Source of the DNA: Candidatus Bathyarchaeota archaeon
GTDB taxonomy: Archaea > Thermoproteota > Bathyarchaeia > Bathyarchaeales > Bathycorpusculaceae
NCBI GenBank assembly: GCA_963832745.1
Contig: CAWHVC010000004.1
Span: 1 to 64,000 of the forward strand
Direction of reading: 5' to 3'
DNA: 64,000 nt
Shown: piece by piece, positions 10,063-19,133 of the stretch
Layout: each line of letters begins with the position of its first letter
Numbering within the stretch: the stretch's first letter is position 1
Translations under genes and position numbers: made by a program
The notes under the pieces: generated by a model
Databases searched by the model: none
What the model was told of the DNA's origin: nothing
The model's input: only the letters and a program-made list of their open reading frames with translations

Positions 10063-10185
10063 ATGTCCAAAAGAAGGGAAGAGGGCAGGAAAGGAGAAAT
10101 GACGGTAGAAGAAGCAGGACACAAGGGAGGGCAAAAAGTTAAAAAGCTAATTCAAGAAGGAAAAAAACGCGAGGGAGAAAGCTAA
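10063..10185 (+). CDS. KGG stress protein 3 (40 aa, not in ORF track)
   Basis: MSKRREEGRKGEMTVEEAGHKGGQKVKKLIQEGKKREGES; RBS at 10051. Confidence 0.85.
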   Translation: MSKRREEGRKGEMTVEEAGHKGGQKVKKLIQEGKKREGES

Positions 10186-10288
10186 AAATTTTTAGTAATT
10201 ATTGCGTTTATAACGAGTTTTTCCGCATTTTTGCTAACTATTTTTATTTTAAAAGTAATTTTTTGATTTTTCGCATTAAAAAAAACCG

Positions 10289-10325
10289 ATGTAGCTGTGT
10301 TGCGACAGCCACATACGTTTAATAG
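10289..10325 (+). promoter_or_regulatory. 26-bp palindrome plus TATA box, copy 2
   Basis: ATGTAGCTGT-GTTGCG-ACAGCCACAT, then TTTAATAG at 10318. Confidence 0.6.
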
Positions 10326-10397
10326 CCGTGGTTCAGGCTAGAAACTTGAGAAAGCAACCTTGGATTTTAAACATGCCTTTTAATGGAGGTGAAACGC

Positions 10398-10655
10398 ATG
10401 CCAATGGATGATGAGTCAAAAAGAGGTAAAATGAGTGTTGCCGAAGCAGGCAGGAAAGGAGGATTAAGAACCTCAGAAACGCACGGTGAAGAATTTTACA
10501 GTGAAATCGGAAGCAAAGGCGGCTCCAAGCGAGCAATGCAGCATGAAGGATCACCAGAAGCTAGAGGCAAAACAAGCCTAGAAGAAGCAGGACATAGAGG
10601 CGGACAAAGAGTACGCAAACTCATTCAAGAAGGTAAACAATACGAAACCGAATAA
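10398..10655 (+). CDS. KGG-repeat stress protein 4
   Basis: Close paralog of protein 1 (QHEGSPEARGKTSLEEAGHRGGQ); RBS at 10385. Confidence 0.9.
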   Translation: MPMDDESKRGKMSVAEAGRKGGLRTSETHGEEFYSEIGSKGGSKRAMQHEGSPEARGKTSLEEAGHRGGQRVRKLIQEGKQYETE

Positions 10656-10738
10656 GAGCCCATTTTGGAATTTTTTAAATTCCATCTTTAAGGACAGAAA
10701 TACCTCAAGGTCACGTTAGATGGAGGTGAAATTTAACT

Positions 10739-10918
10739 TTGGCCGAAAAAAAGAAGGGACAAATGAGTGTCGAAGAAGCGGGACGTAAGGGCGGTCAAAA
10801 AGGTGGTCGAAAAACTGCTGAAACTCACGGCCGCGAATTTTATGAGGAGATAGGTCATAAGGGTGGACAAAAGGTTCGTAGGCTAATTCAAGAAGGAAAA
10901 GAACAGGAAAATAAATAG
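10739..10918 (+). CDS. KGG-repeat stress protein 5 (59 aa, not in ORF track)
   Basis: MAEKKKGQMSVEEAGRKGGQKGGRKTAETHGREFYEEIGHKGGQKVRRLIQEGKEQENK; RBS at 10722, TTG start. Confidence 0.87.
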   Translation: MAEKKKGQMSVEEAGRKGGQKGGRKTAETHGREFYEEIGHKGGQKVRRLIQEGKEQENK

Positions 10919-10970
10919 TCCCACATTTTTGCGTTGAAATTTTTTGATTCTTTTTGGGAGGTGAATGTTT

Positions 10971-11141
10971 TTGCCAGAAGATAAAAAGAAAGGAAAAATG
11001 ACGGTTGAGGAGGCAGGACGTTTAGGCGGAGAAAAAACAGCAGAGACTCATGGTGAGGAGTTCTATAGCGACATAGGACACAAGGGTGGCCAGAAAGTCA
11101 AAAAACTAATCGAAGAAGGAAAAGAATACGAGGAAGAGTAA
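10971..11141 (+). CDS. KGG-repeat stress protein 6 (56 aa, not in ORF track)
   Basis: MPEDKKKGKMTVEEAGRLGGEKTAETHGEEFYSDIGHKGGQKVKKLIEEGKEYEEE; RBS at 10957 (alternative ATG at 10965). Confidence 0.87.
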   Translation: MPEDKKKGKMTVEEAGRLGGEKTAETHGEEFYSDIGHKGGQKVKKLIEEGKEYEEE

Positions 11142-11218
11142 GCCTGAACCTGAAAATTTTGATTTAATTTCTATTTTTCATTTAAAATTCGTCAGATAGT
11201 TTTTGGAGGTGAAAGATT

Positions 11219-11503
11219 ACGAGTAGTCAAGAGGAAGCAGCAACAAGGCGCAGAGGAATAGGTCAAGGCAAAGGTTCAAGACGACAATATACAAATAAAA
11301 GCGGAAAATCAGGTCACGTTAGCCCAGCAATCGTGGAAAGGTACCTAGGCGGAATGCATTACCCTGCTGCTAAAGAGAAACTGGTTACCAATGCACAAGG
11401 AAAAGGTGCCCCAAGCGACGTAATGAATTTAATTTCCAAGCTGCCCGATAAAACCTATACTTCACCAATAGATATAACAAAAGAAATAGGCAAAATAGAA
11501 TAA
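11219..11503 (+). CDS. DUF2795-like protein (probable ACG start, not in ORF track)
   Basis: VSPAIVERYLGGMHYPAAKEKLVTNAQGKGAPSDVMNLISKLPDKTYTSPIDI; RBS at 11205. Confidence 0.75.
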   Translation, partial: TSSQEEAATRRRGIGQGKGSRRQYTNKSGKSGHVSPAIVERYLGGMHYPAAKEKLVTNAQGKGAPSDVMNLISKLPDKTYTSPIDITKEIGKIE

Positions 11504-11583
11504 GCCAGATTTTTTTTCGCTATATTTCTCAGGCTTCCCATTTTGATGCCTAATTTTTCGATGTTCGGAGGTGAAAAGAATAG

Positions 11584-11820
11584 TTGACTTCAAATGTTGA
11601 AGAAAAAAGAAAAGAAGAAAAAATGACTCGGGAAGAAGCTGGCAGAAAAGGCGGGCAGAAAGTTGCCAGAGAAAGGGGTTCAGAGTTTTACCGTGAAATT
11701 GGCAGAAAAGGCGGCGAGAAAGTTGCCGAGCAACGCGGTTCTGACTTCTTTAGGGAAATCGGCAAGAAAGGCGGGGAAAGCCGGGGCAGTAAAAGTACGG
11801 AAAAAAAGAAAAATAAATAA
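11584..11820 (+). CDS. KGG-repeat stress protein 7 (GsiB-like)
   Basis: EEAGRKGGQKVARERGSEFYREIGRKGG, three repeats; RBS at 11567. Confidence 0.9.
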   Translation: MTSNVEEKRKEEKMTREEAGRKGGQKVARERGSEFYREIGRKGGEKVAEQRGSDFFREIGKKGGESRGSKSTEKKKNK

Positions 11821-11945
11821 TTTGAGTTTTATTTTATTTTTAGTGTTTTTTGGTTGCTTGCTAAGTTGATTTTGGGGTTGTCTTTTTGTGCGATTCCGAA
11901 AGACTTAACCATAAAAAGATGCTTTTTAGTTTGTAGTGATAATTT

Positions 11946-12425
11946 TTGACTGAAAACAATCTTTTGGAGTTCATACAGAAACAAATCAAAGTGGAAAATG
12001 AGATTGTTGAATCCTTAGAGAAAGCTTTGGTGGACATGAAAAATCCGCCAGTAAAAGGAGTTTTAAAGGGCATCTCGCTTGATTCAGTGAAACATGCAGA
12101 CATGTATCAATCAGCCTACATGTTGCTTACGGAAACTTCGACAGCGTTAACTCAAGAAGACCTAGACAAGCATCGAGCGTTGATTGAGAAGCATATTCAA
12201 ATGGAATCTGAGTTAATCGAAAAAATTGAGATTGTCCTTCCAACGGTCACCAATAAGAAAGTGAAGCTGCTTTTGAACGCCATTTTAGCTGACGAAAAGA
12301 GGCATCATGCCCTGCTAAAAGGGGTTCTTGAAACTATTGTTCACGGCGAAAGCATCACTGAGGATGACTGGTGGAAGATGCTCTGGGAAGATGTCCCATT
12401 CCATGGCGCTCCAGGCGGCGGGTAA
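11946..12425 (+). CDS. Ferritin-like domain protein
   Basis: Duplicated helix-pair pattern with DSVKH and DEKRHH motifs. Confidence 0.75.
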   Translation: MTENNLLEFIQKQIKVENEIVESLEKALVDMKNPPVKGVLKGISLDSVKHADMYQSAYMLLTETSTALTQEDLDKHRALIEKHIQMESELIEKIEIVLPTVTNKKVKLLLNAILADEKRHHALLKGVLETIVHGESITEDDWWKMLWEDVPFHGAPGGG

Positions 12426-12480
12426 ACCAACCAACCCATTTTTTAACCCTTAACTGTTTTTGAGCCTTAACGGTTTTTTT

Positions 12481-14502
12481 ATGGAGCACCATAATAGTCA
12501 TTCGCAAACGCTCAAGCGCAGACTCTATGTTTGTCTTATCCTAACAATACCGATTCTGCTATTCTCTTCAACAATTCAGACTTGGCTGGGGCTAACCTGG
12601 CTGCAAATCCCCTTTCAGAACATAGTTTTACTTGCTTTGTCCGCAATCATTTACGTTTATGGTGGATGGCCGTTTCTGCAGGGAACGGTCAATGAGCTTA
12701 AAAATCGGCAGCCTGGAATGATGACGCTGATTGGCACAGCCATTTCAGTATCGTTTTTTTATTCTGCGGCAACAGTTTTTGCACTTTCAGGAACAGATTT
12801 TTTCTGGGAACTTGCAACCCTTATGGATGTTATGCTTTTTGGACATTGGATTGAAATGAAAAGCGTTCTTGGGGCTTCACGCGCCCTTGAGCAGCTTGTC
12901 AAAGTTATGCCCACGTACGCTCTCGTGTTACTCGGTGACCAGACTGTTGAGACCCCAGTTGCCCAACTTGAAAGCGGCGACGTTATTTTAGTTCGTCCCG
13001 GCGAGAAAATCGCTTCTGACGGCACTGTTATTGAAGGTAAATCTGCAGTTAATGAAGCACTTTTAACTGGTGAATCGATGCCAGTGCGGAAGCAGCCTGA
13101 TAGTAAGGTTATTGGGGGCAGTATAAACGGTGAAGGCAGCCTTAAAGTTCGAATTGAAAAAACCGGTGAAAATACGTATTTGGCTCAGGTTGTAAAACTT
13201 GTTAAGAATGCTCAGATGAGTAGGTCGAGGACTCAGGATTTGGCTAATCGTGCAGCGGCTTTGCTTTTTTATATGGCAGTCGTTGTTGGCATTGTCACTT
13301 TTGGTGTTTGGGCTTACTTTTTTAATGTAGGCTTGGCGTTAGAGCGTTCGGTTACGGTCCTTGTTATTGCTTGTCCTCATGCTTTGGGGTTAGCTATTCC
13401 TTTGGTTGTTGCACTGTCAACATCTATTACCGCAAAAAACGGTATCCTAATCCGTGACCGAAAAGCGTTCGAGAAAATACGAAACGTAAACCTTGTTGTT
13501 TTCGACAAAACCGGAACTCTAACTGAAGGCAAATTCAGCGTAAACCAGATTACATCTTATGTACCTGAAAAGGAGCTTTTAGCTAAGACCGCCGCAATCG
13601 AACAGAATTCAGAGCACATTATTGCCAAAGCCATAGTGAACTACGCAAAAGAACGCTTTTTTGAGGTTCTGAAAGTAGAAGATTTTAAGGCTTTGCCTGG
13701 CAAAGGCGCTTACGGAAAAATCGGCAGCGACGAAATTTATGTAGGCAGCTCAAGCCTTCTTCAAGACCTGCACTTGAAAACGCCTGAAGGACACTTTTCC
13801 CGTTTAGAAAAGCAGGGCAATACTGTTGTTTTTACAGTAATCAACAATAAAGTGGCTGGAGCGTTTGCTCTTTCAGACCGGATTCGCCCAAAATCGAAAG
13901 AGGCAGTTGCAAAACTGAAGCAGCAAGGCATCAAAGTGTACATGTTGACGGGGGATTCTAAGGAGGTTGCGCAGGCAGTGGCTGAAGAGTTGGGAATTGA
14001 CGCATATTTTGCGCAGGTTTTGCCTGACCAGAAGGCAGACCGCATAAAAGAGCTGCAGAGTAACGGTTTTAGGGTTGCAATGGTTGGGGACGGCATTAAC
14101 GATGCTCCCGCTTTGGTTACAGCGGATGTTGGCTTAGCTATAGGCGCTGGCACGGATGTTGCGGTAGAAAGTGCAGACATAATCCTTGTTAAAAATGACC
14201 CCCAAGCAGTCTTGAAGGTACAAGAGTTATCCAAGAAGACGTATAGAAAAATGTTGCAGAATCTTTGGTGGGCTGCAGGCTACAATATAGTGGCTTTACC
14301 GCTTGCGGCAGGCGTACTTTACGGGTATGGAATACTTTTGCCGCCGGCTTTAGGCGCCCTTTTCATGTCGCTGAGCACTGTAATTGTTGCAGTAAACAGT
14401 CAAACGCTAAAGAAATATGATACTGCCCCAAAAAGCATCCAGACCGAAAAACAAACCCCCGAGATGTCAGATATGAATATGCCGATGGGTCACTCCATGT
14501 AA
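12481..14502 (+). CDS. copB: Copper-translocating P1B-type ATPase (CopB-like)
   Basis: TGES, CPH, DKTGT, GDGIND, YN and MSLST motifs. Confidence 0.88.
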   Translation: MEHHNSHSQTLKRRLYVCLILTIPILLFSSTIQTWLGLTWLQIPFQNIVLLALSAIIYVYGGWPFLQGTVNELKNRQPGMMTLIGTAISVSFFYSAATVFALSGTDFFWELATLMDVMLFGHWIEMKSVLGASRALEQLVKVMPTYALVLLGDQTVETPVAQLESGDVILVRPGEKIASDGTVIEGKSAVNEALLTGESMPVRKQPDSKVIGGSINGEGSLKVRIEKTGENTYLAQVVKLVKNAQMSRSRTQDLANRAAALLFYMAVVVGIVTFGVWAYFFNVGLALERSVTVLVIACPHALGLAIPLVVALSTSITAKNGILIRDRKAFEKIRNVNLVVFDKTGTLTEGKFSVNQITSYVPEKELLAKTAAIEQNSEHIIAKAIVNYAKERFFEVLKVEDFKALPGKGAYGKIGSDEIYVGSSSLLQDLHLKTPEGHFSRLEKQGNTVVFTVINNKVAGAFALSDRIRPKSKEAVAKLKQQGIKVYMLTGDSKEVAQAVAEELGIDAYFAQVLPDQKADRIKELQSNGFRVAMVGDGINDAPALVTADVGLAIGAGTDVAVESADIILVKNDPQAVLKVQELSKKTYRKMLQNLWWAAGYNIVALPLAAGVLYGYGILLPPALGALFMSLSTVIVAVNSQTLKKYDTAPKSIQTEKQTPEMSDMNMPMGHSM

Positions 14503-14572
14503 CCGCTTAAACGTTACCGTAAGATTTGAAAAGTAGAAGCGCTTATCACTTAACTAGTAAAGGCGAATTTTT

Positions 14573-15763
14573 ATGGCTAAAACCACATTAAAAGACGGAG
14601 TATTCTGGGTTGGAGTTGTTGATTGGAACTTACGTGACTTTCACGGCTACGTCACCAACAGAGGAACCAGCTATAATGCGTATCTTGTACAGGACGAGAA
14701 AACAGCGCTTGTTGACACTGTTAAAGCACCCTTTGCAGGCGAATTAGTGAATAATGTTTCAGAAATTTTAGACCTGGAAAAACTTGACTACATTATAGTT
14801 AACCATGTAGAAATGGACCATTCAAGTTCACTACCAATAATCGCTAAACTGGCTAAAAACGCAAAAATCCTTTCAACGCAACGCGGCAAAGAAGAATTGA
14901 TTAAACATTATGGTCACGAGTTTGATAGAATAGAAATCGTCAAGTCAGGCGACGAACTTAAACTGGGTAAAAAAACACTCAAGTTCCTTGAAGCGCCAAT
15001 GCTTCACTGGCCAGATAGCATGTTCACCTATATTGAAGAAGACAAAATTTTGCTTCCAAACGACGCTTTTGGTCAGCACCTTGCCAGTTCATACAGGTTT
15101 GATGATGAATTAGACAACCACGTCTTGATGGAGGAAGCCACCAAATATTACGCAAACATTCTCATGCCGTTTGCACCGCTTATTATCAAAAAGATTCAAG
15201 AAGTTGTCCAAATGGGCATACCAATCGACATTATCGGTCCAAGCCACGGCATAATTTGGCGAAAGAACCCCACTCAAATAATCCAAGCGTACATGGATTG
15301 GAGTTCAGGCGCGGCAGCTCAAAACAAAGTAACAATAGTCTTTGATACTATGTGGGAAAGCACTGATAAAATGGCACGTGCAATAGCTGACGGTATTTGC
15401 AGCGAAGGCATTGAACCTCGCGTCCTAAAACTGCGGTCATCAAACAATACTGAAGCAGTGACGGAAATTTTGGAGTCAAAAGCTGTTCTGGTAGGTTCAC
15501 CGACGCTTAATAATGGAATGTTCCCAACTATAGGCTCCTTTTTGACTTACATTACGGGGCTTAAACCTAAAGGCAAGCTTTGGGGTTTCTTTGGCTCCTA
15601 CGGTTGGGGCGGAGGCGCAGTACGCAACATGGTTGAAATGACTAAGAAGGTAGGCTTTGAAACATACGAACCAACACTTCAAATAAAATGGGTTCCAGAT
15701 GAAGCAGACCTAAAGAAATGCTTTGAATTTGGGCAACAGTTCGCTCAAAAACTCAAAGCCTAA
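14573..15763 (+). CDS. fprA: Flavodiiron protein (FprA family)
   Basis: HVEMDH metallo-beta-lactamase site, LHWPD, flavodoxin GSYGWGGGA. Confidence 0.93.
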   Translation: MAKTTLKDGVFWVGVVDWNLRDFHGYVTNRGTSYNAYLVQDEKTALVDTVKAPFAGELVNNVSEILDLEKLDYIIVNHVEMDHSSSLPIIAKLAKNAKILSTQRGKEELIKHYGHEFDRIEIVKSGDELKLGKKTLKFLEAPMLHWPDSMFTYIEEDKILLPNDAFGQHLASSYRFDDELDNHVLMEEATKYYANILMPFAPLIIKKIQEVVQMGIPIDIIGPSHGIIWRKNPTQIIQAYMDWSSGAAAQNKVTIVFDTMWESTDKMARAIADGICSEGIEPRVLKLRSSNNTEAVTEILESKAVLVGSPTLNNGMFPTIGSFLTYITGLKPKGKLWGFFGSYGWGGGAVRNMVEMTKKVGFETYEPTLQIKWVPDEADLKKCFEFGQQFAQKLKA

Positions 15764-15838
15764 ACATTTTTTCTTTTTTAATATAATTTTTAAGTCTTTA
15801 ATTCTTAATTACTTGTCCAGCAGCAATCGTGCGAAGGG

Positions 15839-17065
15839 GTGATGAAAGTATTGACCAGCTATACTATGGGAAAAATGAAAGCTAAATTAAAATATCTAAT
15901 AGCTGTGTTGATTCTCGCTTTGTTTGTTACGTTGACAATTGACGTTAATGCTGTTGCCTTATCAGATTCCGCTCAATATGACAATCTTGATGATCAAACA
16001 AAGAGTATTTTGTCTGATGTAATTGGGCTTGATTTAACTAAATATTCCATTACAGCCAATACTTCGACCAGCATCCCACCTGTTCCCTACCAAACAGGCG
16101 ATCTAAATCTGAAACCAGCAAAGTATTACTTAAAATCCGATACTGCCCAAATAGGCGTCCTTAGCACATTTTATAATGGGAAACTGGCAGTTGTAAATCT
16201 TGACCCTGCGGGCAATGCTTCTGTCTTTTCACACGTAGATTCACAAGAGACTGATTTAAAAAATCAGGCAGACCTTCTCTTAGGTAGATATGCAGAAGTT
16301 TTATCACAAGCATCCTCGGTTGATGTTTCATTTCTTACTTCGATGAGAAACGTTCTAAGTACTGTGGATAATGAATTGGTCACTGTTAACACTACTGTGG
16401 GCAACATAAATTTTCAAGTATCAAAAGATGGAAATACGACTAAACTTCAGTGGGTATACTGTGATTACGGTACAATAATGACCCCTAAAAGAGTAGAACT
16501 AACTTTTAACAACCTTGACTTAGTGTCTTTTCAAGATACGTGGAGTATCTTCAAGGTAGCTGGTCCTAACACTCTTTCTGAGGAACAAGCAAAAAAGATA
16601 GCCTTAGATGCAGCACAAAAAGTTCCCTTGCACCTATCCAATTCTATGGGAGATAACATAACAATCGAAAACCATGACTTTTCAAACGCTCCGTACAGCT
16701 TTACATTTAACATGTTGCCTTGCTACAGTTCGGACGCTGACCTGATCAGCAGACTATCGTTGGACCCGTTGACGTTGTATCCATTTTGGCGTTTTCACTT
16801 CTATTTCAACGAAACCATTGCAAATATTGAAGGTATCCAAGTTGGTGTTTTAGGCGATACAGGTGAAATATATTCTGCAGGAACATTTGGGTATTTAGGC
16901 GGCAGTTACTCCACAACTTCGACAGATGTGCCCTCTGACGATTCCGCGTCATCTACGAGCGATAATTCTTTAGATATAATAACGCTTGCAGCCATCACCA
17001 CTATTCTGCTTCTTATCGCGAGCATAACTATCGCTTTACGCCATAATGTGCGTAAGAGAAAATAA
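15839..17065 (+). CDS. Secreted, C-terminally anchored hypothetical protein
   Basis: Signal peptide, Ser/Thr-rich linker, C-terminal TM. Confidence 0.8.
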   Translation: MMKVLTSYTMGKMKAKLKYLIAVLILALFVTLTIDVNAVALSDSAQYDNLDDQTKSILSDVIGLDLTKYSITANTSTSIPPVPYQTGDLNLKPAKYYLKSDTAQIGVLSTFYNGKLAVVNLDPAGNASVFSHVDSQETDLKNQADLLLGRYAEVLSQASSVDVSFLTSMRNVLSTVDNELVTVNTTVGNINFQVSKDGNTTKLQWVYCDYGTIMTPKRVELTFNNLDLVSFQDTWSIFKVAGPNTLSEEQAKKIALDAAQKVPLHLSNSMGDNITIENHDFSNAPYSFTFNMLPCYSSDADLISRLSLDPLTLYPFWRFHFYFNETIANIEGIQVGVLGDTGEIYSAGTFGYLGGSYSTTSTDVPSDDSASSTSDNSLDIITLAAITTILLLIASITIALRHNVRKRK

Positions 17066-17172
17066 AATCCAAAAATTTTTCTGTTTTACTTATAACCATG
17101 CGCAGGTATTCGCTGTGGTTAACTTTTTTTATCTAAAAAACCGTTTTAAAAAATAAAAAATAAAAGAATAGT

Positions 17173-17676
17173 TTAGGCTATTTTTACGAATTTTTCTTTA
17201 ACTAAACCACAAACTGGGCATCTGTCAGGTATTTCGCCTACGAACACGTCGCCGCAGACTGGGCAAAGATAAATGTCTGTTTTTGGCAGGTCTTTTTTGT
17301 TGTTTATGCTTTCGATTGCTTTCTTGTAAAGGTCAGCGTGTACTTGTTCAACTTTGTTTGCGTAGTTGAAGCTGATTAGGGCTGCTTTGTTGTTTTCAGT
17401 TTTTGCTGCTTCGATAAATTCTGGGTACATTTTTGTGAATTCGTATGTTTCTCCGTTTAATGCTTCGTTTAGGTTTTCAGCGGTGGATTTTACGCCATCA
17501 AGAACTCGCAGGTGGGCGTGTGCATGAACGGTTTCTGCTTCTGCTGCTGCACGGAAAAGTTTAGCGATTTGTGGAAAACCTTCTTCGTCGGCTTTTTTAG
17601 CAAAAGCAAGGTATTTGCGGTTTGCTTGAGATTCGCCTGCGAAGGCTGCTTTTAAATTGTCATTTGTTTTGCTCAT
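17173..17676 (-). CDS. rbr: Rubrerythrin
   Basis: AFAGESQANRKY, AETVHA, CPVCG...CPVCG. Confidence 0.95.
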   Translation of the reverse strand: MSKTNDNLKAAFAGESQANRKYLAFAKKADEEGFPQIAKLFRAAAEAETVHAHAHLRVLDGVKSTAENLNEALNGETYEFTKMYPEFIEAAKTENNKAALISFNYANKVEQVHADLYKKAIESINNKKDLPKTDIYLCPVCGDVFVGEIPDRCPVCGLVKEKFVKIA

Positions 17677-17747
17677 AAAACGTCACTTCTACTTAAAATG
17701 TAAATAACAAGCAAGTAATAAGTTGTATGCTGCTGTTTTTGATTGTT

Positions 17748-18980
17748 CTATGCTGGGTTAGCCTTTGGAAATGCTTCGTTGCTGCTTGATATAAGGCAGA
17801 TGCATGCGGCGGATAGTAATGCAGAAAACACCATCATTAACCAGGGGCTTGCAAGTTGACTACCGTCTAAAACTGATTTGACGATAATCGTGTTCACTAT
17901 CAAAGGCACGATGGGCGCAAAAATTGCTAAGGGCTGCAATTTTTTCTTAAAAACAAGAATGCTACCCATTACTCCAAAGGCAAAAGAAAACATGCAAGTT
18001 AAAACAAATAAGAACCAATCAAACGTGTGTAGTGTTCCTTCAATCGCGACAATGCCCCAGTATAAACTTAGAATTGAAGTAATTATTAGCAGGATGAATC
18101 CGAAAAAGGGTTTGTTTGAATGCTTTGATGAAGAATTGTTTGCTTTACGGTATACAGCGTAATGCAACGTCAAAGCCGCAAAAATCGCCACTGAAACAAA
18201 AGCTACACCGTAAATCCAAATTTTTTCGTTAGCGTTGTGGACAAAACTAAACGCTGTATCGGTTGTTGTCCAGCCATCTTGAGAAACCTTAACGTTAACA
18301 TACGCCGTGTCCATGCAGGCAGAGCTTTCCGCAGTAAATATGCCCTGAGAAGTTTCAGTTGCTTGTACCCCGTTGATTGTTACCGTTGCGTTGTGAACAA
18401 TTTTTGGTAGAACCGTTTGATTGTAAAGCGTCAAGCCTTCATCTGGAAGCAACTTGTAAGTTACATTTACGGTGGTAACTGTTTTGCCCAAACTGTTAGT
18501 GTCTAAACTTATCAGAGAAACATTGAAGGAGTCATACCAAACAACAGTTGATTCAGCCGTAAGACCATAAACTTCGCTATCTGGAATGGGGTTAATGGTG
18601 TATTCTTGGCCTTGCTGAGTGGTTAAACTGGTTGGAGTGAAAGTCAAAATGTCTGCGTTTGCACTGGAAAAGTTAAACGTGAAAACTCCTGTGGATGTAT
18701 TAAACGTCAGAGTCTTTAGTAATGTATCTTCGCTGTTTCTTACTTCGATTAAGGCAGTTGCGTTCTGGATTGGTTGACCGTTTTGGCTGCCGTAACTCCA
18801 GTTTGCTGAGAAAGAAAGCGTCCAATTACTTCCAGCAGAAGTGTAAAATGGGGAACCAGTTGTGGTCGGTTTGATTGTTACATAGTAACTGTTTTGAGCC
18901 TGAACGTTTGTAGTGCCAATTAGGATTGGTATAACCAGCAATAGGCTCAATAACGCTAAGGAAGCAAGTTTTAGTTTCAA
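17748..18980 (-). CDS. Membrane protein with extracellular beta-rich domain
   Basis: Signal peptide plus five C-terminal TM. Confidence 0.8.
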   Translation of the reverse strand: MKLKLASLALLSLLLVIPILIGTTNVQAQNSYYVTIKPTTTGSPFYTSAGSNWTLSFSANWSYGSQNGQPIQNATALIEVRNSEDTLLKTLTFNTSTGVFTFNFSSANADILTFTPTSLTTQQGQEYTINPIPDSEVYGLTAESTVVWYDSFNVSLISLDTNSLGKTVTTVNVTYKLLPDEGLTLYNQTVLPKIVHNATVTINGVQATETSQGIFTAESSACMDTAYVNVKVSQDGWTTTDTAFSFVHNANEKIWIYGVAFVSVAIFAALTLHYAVYRKANNSSSKHSNKPFFGFILLIITSILSLYWGIVAIEGTLHTFDWFLFVLTCMFSFAFGVMGSILVFKKKLQPLAIFAPIVPLIVNTIIVKSVLDGSQLASPWLMMVFSALLSAACICLISSSNEAFPKANPA

Positions 18981-19133
18981 CCAGACGCCCCACTCTATTG
19001 ATCTGTCTTCTTGCGTTTACTTCGCAAGAATATTTAGCTTTTCTGATAAATCCTAAAAAGTAAAGGCAATTACCTGTTTTAACGCAAATAACATAAGTGT
19101 GATACGTCAAGGATTTCATGAAAGGCTTAACCG

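Noticed and set aside
9401-11820. Periodic repeats suggesting a CRISPR array
   Set aside because: Repeats are degenerate, in frame and protein-coding, with RBSs; no constant repeat-spacer structure and no cas genes
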